Below, one piece after another: positions 1 to 9,783 of a DNA stretch of 64,000 bases (the stretch's first letter is position 1; each line of letters begins with the position of its first letter). The translations under genes and the position numbers were made by a program. Origin of the DNA: Flavobacteriales bacterium (GTDB lineage Bacteria; Bacteroidota; Bacteroidia; Flavobacteriales_F; PHOS-HE28); contig JADJCS010000020.1 of assembly GCA_016703105.1 (NCBI GenBank), forward strand, positions 179,924 to 243,923. The letters run 5' to 3'. The notes under the pieces are model-generated. The model searched no databases and was not told the origin of the DNA. It worked only from the letters and a program-made list of their open reading frames with translations.

Positions 1-2570
1 AATGGTTCGATGACAACGGGGGCAACTGGACGAACATGGTTTCGGGCAGCGCTGCGGACAAGGCCCGGATGACCGGTTGGGACATGCCCGATCGCGATGT
101 GGCCGTGATCGACGCCAACGCCCCGAGCACCGCCGGCACGACCTACCAGACGCGTCTAGGGAACATCCTTATGGCGATGGCCGTCCAGCCCGGTACGGGC
201 CAGGTGACGGTGGTGGGCACGGACGCGACCAACGAGATCCGGTTCGAGCCGGTGCTCAACGGCAAGTTCCTCCGCGTGAACCTGTCACGGTTCACCACTG
301 CGGGTGGTGCCAACACAATCACCGACCTCAACCCGCATATCAACTACGCCAATAGCGCACTGCCCATCCCCCAGCGGATCCAAAGCATCGGTGATCCGCG
401 CGCGATCGTATGGAAGGCCGATGGCAGCAAGGCCTACATCGCCGGCATGGGATCGAACAACATCATCGCCATCGACGGTGCGGGAACACGGCTGGGTAGC
501 GGGCCCATTCCTGTGGGAGAAGGACCCACAGGGATCGTGATCGATGGGGTGCGGAACAAACTCTACGTCCTCAACAAGTTCGAAGGCTCGGTGAGCACCG
601 TGGACATGATCACCGACCAGGAAGAGGCCCGGGCGAACTTCTTCGATCCCACGCCCATGGTGATCAAAGCCGGCCGGAAACACTTGTACAACACCCATTT
701 AGGCAGCGGGAACGGACACATCTCATGCGGATCCTGCCACGTGGATGGTCGTTGGGACCGCTTGGGTTGGGATCTCGGGGACCCGAGCGGCGCGATGAAC
801 ACGGTGAGCGGTAAGTCGTTCCACCCCTTGAAAGGTGTGAAGACCACCCAATTCCTCATCGACATCATCAACCGTGGCCGGGGGAACCTGCACTGGCGGG
901 GCGACAAGGAGGGATTCGCCGATTTCGCCGGGGCATTCACGCATCTCCAGGGGCTGTCCGCCCCGAAGCCACTGGATGAGATGCAGGAGTTCGAGGATTT
1001 CCTGGCCGCCACGTGGTATGTGCCCAATCCCTTCCGGGTGTACAAGCCGAACTCGCAATCCTCCACCTCTCGGCTGAACCCCAACCGCGTGCGCGGCACG
1101 GGCACCACGTTCCAGAGCATTCCGCCAGCGGTCAATCTTTTCGTAGCGGTGAACGCCAACTGCGCACATTGCCACAACGCCCAAACCGGCCGCGGGGAAC
1201 TGATGGGCAATGGGAACGTGGCGGGTACCGGGCCCGGAACCCACGTCGATTTCACGTTCAACCGCAATATGTCCTCGGACCTTCGGAGCAGTTATCGAAA
1301 GAACGGCTTCTTCTATAACACGACGGAGTGCAATTCGGGCTTTGGCCTGATGAGCGAGGGCGTGATGGAGACCTGGTTCAACACCGCTGGCCTCGGTACC
1401 GATGGAGCGCAGCACGGCTATTTCGGGGACTACGAACCGGAGATCCTTTCCTGGTCCGGCGGTATCGACCAAGCCAACTGTGCGGCCTGCTTCACATTCC
1501 CCCTGGCGAGTTCTGTGGTGCAGGATGCCGCGCCGGGCGTGGGCCTGCGCCAGACCTTCAATGGCGCTTCCATCGGGAGCGTCACCCAGTTGAACGTGAT
1601 GAAGGATCTGGTGGACACCCGTTCCTCTGAATACGGTATGATCGTGAAGGGCAAGTACGGCGGCGAGATGCGCGGCTTCTATTACATGGGTAGCAACCTG
1701 TACCAGAGCGATATCTCCGGCCAGACCGTGACACACACGCAACTGCTCACCTCGGCCCAAGGCAGCGGTGGTCCGCTGAGTTGGACCCTGGTTCACCCCA
1801 GCACGCGGGTGCGTGCAGGCGTTGATGCTGACAGCGATGCGATCCTTGACCATGATGACCTGCAGGCGAAAGTGAACGTGCGCGCGAACATGGAGGGCGC
1901 CTATGTCGGAACGGCCATGCGCAGCACCCTGCGGGACAATAGCCTGCTACCAGCCACCGATCCCTACGGGCAAGGTGCGCAGGTCGACCCGGATGTGCTT
2001 CAATACCAAGGGTTGGCCGCTCCAGTGGATTGGGCGCTTGTGGAACTGCGGAACAATGCCACACCAACCCTGGTGGAGGCATCCAGAGCGGTGTTGGTGC
2101 AGCGTTCCGGCAATTTGATGATGCCAGCGGGGGAGCAGACCATCACCTTCCCAACCGTTCCTGCGGGTAACTACCATGTCGTCGTGCGCCATCGCAACCA
2201 CTTGGGGGTCATGACGTTCCAGCCTGCCGCCTTGGGCAGTCCTGGTGCCCTCGTCGACTTTACCAAACCAGCCACAGCCACTTGGGGCACCGATGCTCAG
2301 AAGAACGTAGCCGGGGTGATGGTGATGTGGGCGGGAGATGTGTCGGGCAACGGCATCATCAAGTACGCCGGTGGCGGCAACGACCGTGATCCGATCCTGG
2401 TGCGGATCGGTGGAACCGTCCCCACTTCCACGGTGCCTGGCTACCATCCGGAGGATGTGAACCTGGACGGTGTGGTGAAGTATGCGGGCTCCAGCAACGA
2501 CCGCGACCCCATTCTTGTGAACATCGGCGGCAGTGTGCCAACAGCCGTCAAGACCCAGCAAGTGCCCTAG
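1..2570 (+). CDS. Partial (5'-truncated by window edge) secreted protein with YVTN-type beta-propeller repeats and two CxxCH heme motifs (CGSCH, CAHCH; di-heme cytochrome c peroxidase-like). C-terminus has two dockerin-like Ca-binding repeats.
   Basis: Open frame continues upstream of the first Met at 36 with no stop in bases 3-35. Repeats of type 'YIAGMGSNNIIAIDG..GIVIDGVRNKLYVLNK'. Two CxxCH about 145 aa apart. Tandem 'D.(S/N).(N/D)G(I/V)(I/V)KYAG..NDRDPILV.IGG' near the C-terminus. Confidence 0.55.
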   Translation, partial: WFDDNGGNWTNMVSGSAADKARMTGWDMPDRDVAVIDANAPSTAGTTYQTRLGNILMAMAVQPGTGQVTVVGTDATNEIRFEPVLNGKFLRVNLSRFTTAGGANTITDLNPHINYANSALPIPQRIQSIGDPRAIVWKADGSKAYIAGMGSNNIIAIDGAGTRLGSGPIPVGEGPTGIVIDGVRNKLYVLNKFEGSVSTVDMITDQEEARANFFDPTPMVIKAGRKHLYNTHLGSGNGHISCGSCHVDGRWDRLGWDLGDPSGAMNTVSGKSFHPLKGVKTTQFLIDIINRGRGNLHWRGDKEGFADFAGAFTHLQGLSAPKPLDEMQEFEDFLAATWYVPNPFRVYKPNSQSSTSRLNPNRVRGTGTTFQSIPPAVNLFVAVNANCAHCHNAQTGRGELMGNGNVAGTGPGTHVDFTFNRNMSSDLRSSYRKNGFFYNTTECNSGFGLMSEGVMETWFNTAGLGTDGAQHGYFGDYEPEILSWSGGIDQANCAACFTFPLASSVVQDAAPGVGLRQTFNGASIGSVTQLNVMKDLVDTRSSEYGMIVKGKYGGEMRGFYYMGSNLYQSDISGQTVTHTQLLTSAQGSGGPLSWTLVHPSTRVRAGVDADSDAILDHDDLQAKVNVRANMEGAYVGTAMRSTLRDNSLLPATDPYGQGAQVDPDVLQYQGLAAPVDWALVELRNNATPTLVEASRAVLVQRSGNLMMPAGEQTITFPTVPAGNYHVVVRHRNHLGVMTFQPAALGSPGALVDFTKPATATWGTDAQKNVAGVMVMWAGDVSGNGIIKYAGGGNDRDPILVRIGGTVPTSTVPGYHPEDVNLDGVVKYAGSSNDRDPILVNIGGSVPTAVKTQQVP

Positions 2571-2591
2571 CGCAACTGAAGGCGAAACGAA

Positions 2592-2621
2592 CAGCCCTAT
2601 CCATACACCGTGGGTAGGGCT
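2592..2621 (+). terminator. GC-rich hairpin (CAGCCCTA...TAGGGCTG) 22 nt after the stop of the first gene; possible intrinsic terminator, but with no T-tract
   Basis: Inverted repeat read directly from the sequence; no U-run follows. Confidence 0.25.
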
Positions 2622-2775
2622 GCTCGCTATGTTGGCCTCAATGGGTGAAAGGCCTCGTGGCAACTTCCTTTTTCCGCTGTTTGGCCGATCCAGGAAAGGA
2701 TCTAACTTCGCGCCCCCTTCCCAGGGAAGGTCACAATCCCCACGAACCGTGGCATCGACATCGCATACCACCACC

Positions 2776-3204
2776 ATGGCCAACAAGGCCACCGTCGCCA
2801 AGGAATGGCTCCTTGTGGACGCTGAGAACGAGACCCTCGGACGTTTGGCGAGCAAATTGGCCATCCTCGTGCGCGGCAAGCACAAGCCCACCTTCACCGC
2901 CCATGTGGATACCGGTGATCACGTGGTGGTGATCAACGCTGATAAAGTGCGTCTCAGCGGAGCCAAAATGGCCGACAAGATCTACCAGCGTTACAGCCTC
3001 TATCCCGGAGGACAGACCCGCGAGGTGGCCGAGAACCTGCACCGCCGCAAGCCCACCGCCCTGGTGGAACTCGCCGTGCGCGGCATGTTGCCGAAGACCC
3101 GTCTGGGCCGCGCCCAATTCAACAATCTCCATGCGGTGGCCGGTACCGAGCATAAGCACAGTGCCCAGAGCCCCCGCCCCATCGATCTGAACAGCATCAA
3201 GTAA
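2776..3204 (+). CDS. rplM: 50S ribosomal protein L13
   Basis: '[35 protein letters not shown]' is canonical L13. ATG at 2776 lies inside the longer listed ORF; 142 aa. Confidence 0.95.
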   Translation: MANKATVAKEWLLVDAENETLGRLASKLAILVRGKHKPTFTAHVDTGDHVVVINADKVRLSGAKMADKIYQRYSLYPGGQTREVAENLHRRKPTALVELAVRGMLPKTRLGRAQFNNLHAVAGTEHKHSAQSPRPIDLNSIK

Positions 3205-3208
3205 GCAG

Positions 3209-3595
3209 ATGGACGCTATCACCACCATCGGTCGTCGTAAGACCTCCATCGCACGTGTGATCCTCATGGAGGGTACCGGCGAGATCTCCGTGAACGGCGT
3301 GCCGGGCACCGAGTACTTCCCCATCATCCTGCAGCAGTTCAAATTGAACCAGCCCTTCAAGCTCACCGATACCGTCGGCAAATACGATGTGCAGGCGCGT
3401 GTGGACGGTGGTGGCATCACCGGCCAGGCCGATGCGCTGCGTTTGGGTATCGCTCGCGCGCTCGTCGAGGTGGATGCGGAGAACAAACCGAAGCTCAAGG
3501 CCGAGAACCTCATGACCCGCGACCCCCGTGCCGTGGAGCGCAAGAAGTTCGGCCGCAAGAAAGCGCGCAAGCGTTACCAGTTCAGCAAGCGTTAA
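3209..3595 (+). CDS. rpsI: 30S ribosomal protein S9
   Basis: '[10 protein letters not shown]...[19 protein letters not shown]...[12 protein letters not shown]' is the S9 signature; it sits 4 nt after rplM, the conserved rplM-rpsI pair. Confidence 0.95.
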   Translation: MDAITTIGRRKTSIARVILMEGTGEISVNGVPGTEYFPIILQQFKLNQPFKLTDTVGKYDVQARVDGGGITGQADALRLGIARALVEVDAENKPKLKAENLMTRDPRAVERKKFGRKKARKRYQFSKR

Positions 3596-3707
3596 GGTCC
3601 CTGCGCTTGTTCAGGATCCAATCCTGGCGGACTCATCCCTAACAGGGGTGGCTACCCTCAGGATGCCTGTAAAAAGGGGAAAGGAAAGTGAACCAAACAA
3701 GAGGATA

Positions 3708-4502
3708 ATGGCCCGTACCGAATTCAAGCAATTGTTGGACGCTGGCGTCCACTTCGGCCACTTGCGCCGCAAGTGGAACCCGAACATGGCCCCTTACATC
3801 TTCACCGAGAAGAAGGGCATCCACATCATCGACCTGAACAAGACCGTGGTGAAGCTCGATGAGGCCGCTGACGCCCTCAAGAGCATCGCCCGCAGCGGCA
3901 AGAAGGTGCTCTTCGTGGCCACCAAGAAGCAAGCGAAGGATATCGTCACCGAGAAGGTGAAGGCCACCGGCATGCCCTACGTCACCGAGCGTTGGAGCGG
4001 AGGTATGCTCACCAATTTCGGCACCATCCGCCGCGCCATCAAGAAGATGGCCATGATCGACCGGATGAAGACCGACGGCACCTTCGAGAACATGAGCAAG
4101 CGCGAACGCCTCCAAGTGATGCGCCAGCGTGAGAAGATGGAGAAGAACCTGGGGTCCATCGCTGATCTCACCCGTCAGCCTTCCGCCCTCTTCATCGTGG
4201 ATATCGTGAAGGAGCATATCGCGGTCGCCGAGGCCCGCAAGCTCAACATCCCCGTGTTCGCCATGGTGGATACGAACAGCGATCCCAACCTGGTCGATTT
4301 CCCCATCCCCGCCAACGATGATGCCACCAAGAGCATCGAGTTGATCGTGGACGTGGCCATTGCCGCCATCATGGAAGGTCTGGAGGAGCGCAAGAACGAC
4401 AAGGACCGCATGCCGGAAGGCGAAGTGGCCGAAGGCGAAGACGGCGAGGAATCCGACGAGGTGGCCGTTGAAGGTGCGAGCACGGAGGAAGCCGCTAGCT
4501 GA
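3708..4502 (+). CDS. rpsB: 30S ribosomal protein S2
   Basis: 'MARTEFKQLLDAGVHFGH..RKWNPNM' is the S2 N-terminus. Start chosen at the internal ATG (3708) of ORF 3528..4502. Acidic C-terminal tail. Confidence 0.95.
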   Translation: MARTEFKQLLDAGVHFGHLRRKWNPNMAPYIFTEKKGIHIIDLNKTVVKLDEAADALKSIARSGKKVLFVATKKQAKDIVTEKVKATGMPYVTERWSGGMLTNFGTIRRAIKKMAMIDRMKTDGTFENMSKRERLQVMRQREKMEKNLGSIADLTRQPSALFIVDIVKEHIAVAEARKLNIPVFAMVDTNSDPNLVDFPIPANDDATKSIELIVDVAIAAIMEGLEERKNDKDRMPEGEVAEGEDGEESDEVAVEGASTEEAAS

Positions 4503-4538
4503 ACGATCCATACCAACCTACCGCAAGTGAGCACGACC

Positions 4539-5369
4539 ATGGCCATCACCGCCGCCGATGTGAACAAACTGCGCCAGATGACCGGCGCAGGTATGATGGA
4601 TTGCAAGCAAGCCCTCACCGAAGCCAATGGCGACTTCGATGCCGCCATCGATGTGCTTCGCAAGAAGGGCCAGAAAGTGGCCGCCAAGCGTGCCGACCGC
4701 GACGCCAACGAAGGACAGGTGGTCGCCAAGACCACCGCCGATGGTACCCGTGGCGTGTTGATCTGCCTGAACTGCGAGACCGATTTCGTGGCCAAGAACA
4801 GCGACTTCGCTGCAGTGGCCGATCGCATGGCCCAGATCGCCTTGGATAAGGGTGCCGCTAGCATCGACGCCCTGAAGGCTCTGGCCTACGATAGCAATGG
4901 TTTGACCGTGGCCGAGAAGCTGATCGAGCAGACCGGCGTGATCGGCGAGAAGATCGACATCAGCGCCTGCCAAGAGGTGAAAGCCGCCTTCGTCTACGCA
5001 TACAACCACCCGGGTAACAAGGTGGCCAGCATCGTGGGGCTCAACAAAACCGGCTTCTTGGATGCCGCCAAGGACGCAGCCATGCAAGTGGCTGCCATGG
5101 CCCCGGTGGCCGTGGACAAGGAGCGCGTGCCACAAAGCGTGATCGACAAGGAGATCGAGATCGGCAAGGAACTCGCCATCCAGGAAGGCAAGCCCGCTGA
5201 GATGGCCGAGAAGATCGCCCTGGGCCGATTGAACAAGTTCTTCAAGGAGAGCACCCTGCTCGCCCAGGAGTTCATCAAGGACAACAAGCTCACCGTGGAG
5301 CAGTACTTGAAGAGCGTGGACAAGGACCTCACCGTCACTGACTTCAAACGCCACTCGCTCACCATCTGA
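4539..5369 (+). CDS. tsf: Translation elongation factor Ts
   Basis: 'MAITAADVNKLRQMTGAGMMDCKQAL' is the EF-Ts UBA-like N-terminus. ATG at 4539 (the track ORF begins at a GTG at 4527). Conserved rpsB-tsf order. Confidence 0.93.
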   Translation: MAITAADVNKLRQMTGAGMMDCKQALTEANGDFDAAIDVLRKKGQKVAAKRADRDANEGQVVAKTTADGTRGVLICLNCETDFVAKNSDFAAVADRMAQIALDKGAASIDALKALAYDSNGLTVAEKLIEQTGVIGEKIDISACQEVKAAFVYAYNHPGNKVASIVGLNKTGFLDAAKDAAMQVAAMAPVAVDKERVPQSVIDKEIEIGKELAIQEGKPAEMAEKIALGRLNKFFKESTLLAQEFIKDNKLTVEQYLKSVDKDLTVTDFKRHSLTI

Positions 5370-5391
5370 TGGGCGTGCATATCGCATAGAC

Positions 5392-5428
5392 AAGGGAGGC
5401 TTCGGCCTCCCTTCTTTTTTGTTGTTTT
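5392..5428 (+). terminator. Rho-independent terminator after tsf (stem GGGAGGC-ttcg-GCCTCCC, then a T-rich run)
   Basis: Perfect 7-bp GC stem with a tetraloop followed by 'ttcttttttgttgtttt', 22 nt after the tsf stop. Confidence 0.6.
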
Positions 5429-5446
5429 GACCGAACCCAGCATCTG

Positions 5447-6172
5447 ATGACCAACGGCAAGCCTCGCACCTTCAAACGCATCCTGCTCAAGCTTTCCGGC
5501 GAGAGCCTGATGGGCGACCAGGACTATGGGATCGACACCAAACGCTTGGACCAGTATGCCGAGGAGATCGTGGCGGTCGCCCAGAGCGGTGTGGAGGTGG
5601 CCGTGGTGATCGGCGGTGGGAACATATACAGAGGCATGCAAGCCGCAGGCACGGCGATCGATCGTGTACAGGGCGATCACATGGGCATGCTGGCCACCAT
5701 GATCAATAGCCTGGCCATGCAGAGCGCGCTGGAGGCCAAGGGGCACAAGACCCGGTTGCTGAGCGCCATCAAGATGGAACAGATCGCCGAGCCTTTCATC
5801 CGCCGCCGCGCTGTGCGTCACTTGGAGAAAGGCCGGATCGTGATCTTCGGCGCCGGTACCGGCAACCCCTACTTCACTACGGATACGGCCGCCAGCCTGC
5901 GCGCCATCGAGATCGAAGCCGATGTGATCCTGAAAGGCACCCGCGTGGACGGCATTTACACCGCCGATCCCGAAAAAGACAAGACCGCCACCAAGTACGA
6001 TCGCATCAACTTCGAGGAGGTCTACGCCAAGGGTCTGAACGTGATGGACCTCACCGCTTTCACGCTCTGCAAGGAGAACAAGCTGCCCATCATCGTCTTC
6101 GATATGAACAAGCCCGGTAATCTCCGCAAAGTGGTCACCGGTGAGCCGCTGGGTACCCTAGTAGAGTTCTAG
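5447..6172 (+). CDS. pyrH: UMP kinase
   Basis: '[42 protein letters not shown]' are amino-acid kinase family / PyrH motifs. Confidence 0.95.
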   Translation: MTNGKPRTFKRILLKLSGESLMGDQDYGIDTKRLDQYAEEIVAVAQSGVEVAVVIGGGNIYRGMQAAGTAIDRVQGDHMGMLATMINSLAMQSALEAKGHKTRLLSAIKMEQIAEPFIRRRAVRHLEKGRIVIFGAGTGNPYFTTDTAASLRAIEIEADVILKGTRVDGIYTADPEKDKTATKYDRINFEEVYAKGLNVMDLTAFTLCKENKLPIIVFDMNKPGNLRKVVTGEPLGTLVEF

Positions 6173-6252
6173 CGCACTATCCCGTTCTCGCTTATCCGCT
6201 CTTTAGTGGTAGTGCGCCGCTTCGATACCTTCGTGGCCCACAACGAATTGCC

Positions 6253-6813
6253 ATGAGCGACGTCAATACCGAGATCAAGACCGCCGAAGACCTGATGAGC
6301 AAGGCGGTCGACCATTTGGAGCATGAACTGACCAAGGTGCGCGCCGGCGCGGCGAACCCGGGGATGCTCGAAACCGTGCGTGTGGACTACTACGGCTCCA
6401 TGGTACCGCTTTCGCAAGTGGCCTCGGTGAACACCGGTGATGCGCGTACACTCTTTGTAAAGCCCTGGGAGAAGAAGCTGATCGAGGCGATCGAGAAGGC
6501 CATCCTCGGCGCCAACCTCGGTTTCAACCCGAGCAACAATGGCGAGAGCGTGATCATCCACGTGCCCATGCTCACCGAGGAACGCCGCAAAGATCTCGTG
6601 AAGAGCGCGCACAAGGAGGCCGAACACGCGCGTGTGAGCATCCGCAGCATTCGCCAGAAGGCGATGGAGGCGATCAAGGCCGCCAAGAAGACCGGCCTAC
6701 CAGAGGATCATGCGAAAGGCCTGGAAGCGGATGTCGAAAAGCTCACCGCCACTTACAACAAGAAGGTGGAGGAGCATATCGGGCGGAAGGAGAAGGACAT
6801 CATGAAAGTCTGA
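6253..6813 (+). CDS. frr: Ribosome recycling factor
   Basis: 186 aa with 'VRVDYYGSMVPLSQVASV..PMLTEERRKDLVK' typical of RRF. Conserved pyrH-frr order. Confidence 0.95.
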   Translation: MSDVNTEIKTAEDLMSKAVDHLEHELTKVRAGAANPGMLETVRVDYYGSMVPLSQVASVNTGDARTLFVKPWEKKLIEAIEKAILGANLGFNPSNNGESVIIHVPMLTEERRKDLVKSAHKEAEHARVSIRSIRQKAMEAIKAAKKTGLPEDHAKGLEADVEKLTATYNKKVEEHIGRKEKDIMKV

Positions 6814-6821
6814 CGCCCGCG

Positions 6822-7724
6822 TCAAGCCCAGACGGGACTTCCCTCAGAGCAATTCCTGCACATCTCGATACTGCTGCGTGAGCGGAACAAGGTCTGCCTG
6901 AACTCATCGTAGGCCTCGCTCTGCCAGATCTCGCGGAAGGTCTGCGTGCGCAGGTCGCCCAGGACGTAATGCGCGTCCTTGTCGAAGCAGCAGGGCACCA
7001 CGCGCCCATCCCAGGTGACCACGCAACTGTGCCACATCTTCCAGCAGCGGTCGTCCAGGGCGTTCTTCACCTCCCACACGCCATTGGTGTTGCGCCGATA
7101 GCGGGCGTACTTGTCCTGCGTGGGGATCAAAGGATGATCGGCCTTCGGGTCATAGATCTGCGCGGTCTTCAACCAGAGATCATCCACGCCGATGCGCTTG
7201 GCCAGGGCCCGTGCCTGCGGTATCTGGTGCTCGTTCGGGCGCACCACCAGGAATTGGAATACCACATGTGGGGTGCGGCTCTTGAGTTTCCGCTTCCACT
7301 TCACCACGCGCTCGGCGCCCTCGATCACCTTACTCAGGGTGCCCTCGATACGGTACTGTGAATACGTATCCTGGTCGGTGCCGTCGAGGGAGATGATCAG
7401 GCGGGAGAGGCCACTCCGCACGGTGGCTTCGGCCTTCGCTTCGTCGAGAAAATGGGCGTTGGTGCTGGTAGCGGTGTAAATGCCCTTGCCGTGGGCATGC
7501 CGCACCATATCCAGGAACCCCGGATTGATGTACGGCTCGCCCTGGAAGTAGAAGGTGAGCGCCCAGAGGTCCGGTGCCAATTCATCGATCACTCGGCTGA
7601 AGAGGTCCTGTTTCAAATTGCCCGTGGGGCGCGTGAAGCTTCGTAAGCCACTTGGACATTCGGGGCAGCGCAGGTTGCACGCGGTGGTAGGTTCGATACT
7701 GATGCTGACCGGCAGCCCGCGCAT
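6822..7724 (-). CDS. Radical SAM enzyme with C-terminal SPASM/twitch-like Cys-rich domain (possible peptide/protein maturase); the start could also be at 7847
   Basis: Cx3Cx2C motif 'CNLRCPEC' preceded by 'ISIEPTTA'. C-terminal Cys cluster 'CWKMWHSCVV..VVPCCFDKD..EMCRNCSEG'. Confidence 0.8.
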   Translation of the reverse strand: MRGLPVSISIEPTTACNLRCPECPSGLRSFTRPTGNLKQDLFSRVIDELAPDLWALTFYFQGEPYINPGFLDMVRHAHGKGIYTATSTNAHFLDEAKAEATVRSGLSRLIISLDGTDQDTYSQYRIEGTLSKVIEGAERVVKWKRKLKSRTPHVVFQFLVVRPNEHQIPQARALAKRIGVDDLWLKTAQIYDPKADHPLIPTQDKYARYRRNTNGVWEVKNALDDRCWKMWHSCVVTWDGRVVPCCFDKDAHYVLGDLRTQTFREIWQSEAYDEFRQTLFRSRSSIEMCRNCSEGSPVWA

Positions 7725-7902
7725 CCGGGGCACACGTGTACGGCTCGCCTCTCGGAAACTGCTCCAAACGCGCCATGCGTTGCGCGCACGGCGTCGGTCC
7801 AACGTCCGGGCCCATTCCACCCCATCACGCAGCGGTGCGAGCATCACGCCGCAAGGTAGCCCGCCTCATTGCGGCAGTTACATTTCCGTCCGCATCCGTT
7901 CT

Positions 7903-9783
7903 ATGGGCGGAGCGCTCAACTCTGTGCGACGCTTACTCCTGTTGCTTTCCAGCGGCCTCGCGCTTTCCGCATCGCAAGGCCAGGTGCAGGTATCGGGTAT
8001 TGTGCGCGATGCGCGGAGCGGAACACCGATCGCCTTCGCCAATCTGCTTGCCGAGGGCGAACGTGTAGGGGCTTCGTCGGATATCGATGGACGCTTCATC
8101 ATGATGGTGTCTGCGTTCCCAGCCGTTGTCCGCGTGAGTTGTGTCGGCTACGTTCCCGCACGATCGGTCTGGGAGGGTCCAGGTCCCTTCGAGGTCGTCT
8201 TGGCGCCGAGCATGGAACAACTCTCGCCGGTGGACATCAACCCCGAAGAGAACCCGGCGCACAGGATCATCGAAAAGGCGACCGCCAACCGCCGCATGAA
8301 CGACGGCATGGGGCACCATGCTCACCGGTACCGGGCCTACAGCAAAACGATCTTCACCCTTGCGGTGGATAGCGCCCTTTTGAACGACACCGCGCGGATC
8401 GCAGCGCTGCCGGAACAAGACCGTGATGCGGTGCGCTTCGCTGTCCGCCAGCACATTTTGCTCCTGGAAAGCGCCACGCGCTGCACCAGCGATCCGCCCA
8501 GGCGGCGCACCGAGGAGGTGCTCGCCATGCGCGTGAGCGGGTTGGAGGATCCCTCCTTGCTCGCGCTCGCGGCCTCCAGCCGAAGCTGGTCGATCTATGA
8601 TGCGGAGATCGCGCTCAACGAACGCCGCTTTCCCGGCCCGCTCGCACCGGGAAGCACCAAGCGCTACTTCTTTCTGATCGCTGACACGCTGTATGCGGAA
8701 GGGGACACGGTGTTCGTGTTGCGTTTCCAGCCCCGCACCGGCCACCCTTTCGATGGCCTGCAAGGCCAACTCGCCATCCATTCCGCGAGCTATGCGGTGC
8801 AGCATGTGGTGGCTGAACCGGTGGAACAGCGGGCCAGCTTGGGCATGCGCATGCGGCAGCTCCATCAACGCGTGGGTGATACCTGGTTCCCCGTGCAGGT
8901 GGAGAACACGCTCTACCTGGACCTGCTCCAGATGGAGAGCTACAAGCTGATGGGTCTTGCGCGTATGGACATTTCGGACATCGAGACCGATGTGGCGCTC
9001 ACTGCGCGCGAGCTGCGTGGCACCGACCTCGTGGCCGATCACATGGTGACCCGTGCCACCCAGGCCTACTGGGACAGCTTGCGTTCGGTACCCTTGGACA
9101 GCAAGGACCGCTTGACGTACCGCACTATCGACAGCCTTGGCCGGGCTGAAGGACTGGACCGTACGTTGAAAGTGTTGGATGCGCTGGCGCGCGGTGCGAT
9201 CCCCTACGGCCCGGTCGAATTCCCGCTGGACCGGATCGTGCGCTACAATGGGTACGAAGGTTTCCGGTTGGGCTTGGGCATCCGTACCAACGAACGTTTG
9301 AGCCGCAGGCTCCAGATGGGGGGGTATGGTGCCTATGGGACCATGGACGGGGCAACGAAGTACGGCGGGGAGTTGACCGTTCGCCCCTGGCCCTCCCGCG
9401 ATACGGAATTGCGCATGAACTATGCGAACGATGTGGCCGAGACAGGGGGGTGGGCTTTCGCTTCGCCACGGTCGTTCCTTTCCGAGGAGAGCTATCGCCT
9501 GCTGTATGTAACGCGCATGGATGCGGTGGAGCGCTACGCGGCGGAGGCTGGGATCCGGATCTTCCGGGACCTGAAACTCTGGCTTGGCACCGAGCGCGCT
9601 CTGCGCGTGGACAGGACCGGGTACAGCTACGCTGAGGTCCCTGCGGAAAGGGTGGTCCTTCATCGCAGCAGTTACTTGACCGGAGCCGTCACCTTCGGGC
9701 TGCGCTATTCTTTTGGGAGCGGGGTGCGCGGCTACCGGGCCGCTATGTGGTCACAGACCCGGGGGGGCCGGTGGTGCAGCTAA
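7903..9783 (+). CDS. DUF5686-like protein with N-terminal carboxypeptidase-regulatory-like domain, N-terminal ~630 aa. The reading frame breaks at the G7 run 9761-9767 and continues in ORF 9747..10337.
   Basis: Signal peptide 'MGGALNSVRRLLLLLSSGLALSA' then 'VSGIVRDARSGTPIAFANLLAEGERVGASSDIDGRFIM' (CarboxypepD_reg-like). The family is typically ~800 aa. The next ORF is in the -1 frame, has no start or signal of its own, and looks like the beta-rich C-terminal part. Confidence 0.7.
   Translation: MGGALNSVRRLLLLLSSGLALSASQGQVQVSGIVRDARSGTPIAFANLLAEGERVGASSDIDGRFIMMVSAFPAVVRVSCVGYVPARSVWEGPGPFEVVLAPSMEQLSPVDINPEENPAHRIIEKATANRRMNDGMGHHAHRYRAYSKTIFTLAVDSALLNDTARIAALPEQDRDAVRFAVRQHILLLESATRCTSDPPRRRTEEVLAMRVSGLEDPSLLALAASSRSWSIYDAEIALNERRFPGPLAPGSTKRYFFLIADTLYAEGDTVFVLRFQPRTGHPFDGLQGQLAIHSASYAVQHVVAEPVEQRASLGMRMRQLHQRVGDTWFPVQVENTLYLDLLQMESYKLMGLARMDISDIETDVALTARELRGTDLVADHMVTRATQAYWDSLRSVPLDSKDRLTYRTIDSLGRAEGLDRTLKVLDALARGAIPYGPVEFPLDRIVRYNGYEGFRLGLGIRTNERLSRRLQMGGYGAYGTMDGATKYGGELTVRPWPSRDTELRMNYANDVAETGGWAFASPRSFLSEESYRLLYVTRMDAVERYAAEAGIRIFRDLKLWLGTERALRVDRTGYSYAEVPAERVVLHRSSYLTGAVTFGLRYSFGSGVRGYRAAMWSQTRGGRWCS

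Noticed and set aside
723-1853. Long antisense ORFs (e.g. 723..1853-, 3639..4511-, 4518..5393-, 7933..9663-, 10221..11351-, 11505..12842-, 12551..14296-, 35966..38014+, 62335..63288-, 63337..63969-)
   Set aside because: These are shadow ORFs opposite well-supported genes; high GC suppresses stop codons. Their translations are low-complexity (Arg/Gly/His/Pro-rich) with no motifs, whereas the sense genes have clear family signatures.
5370-5446. Small RNA or riboswitch in the tsf-pyrH spacer
   Set aside because: The spacer is fully explained by the intrinsic terminator hairpin plus a short leader; there is no additional conserved structure.
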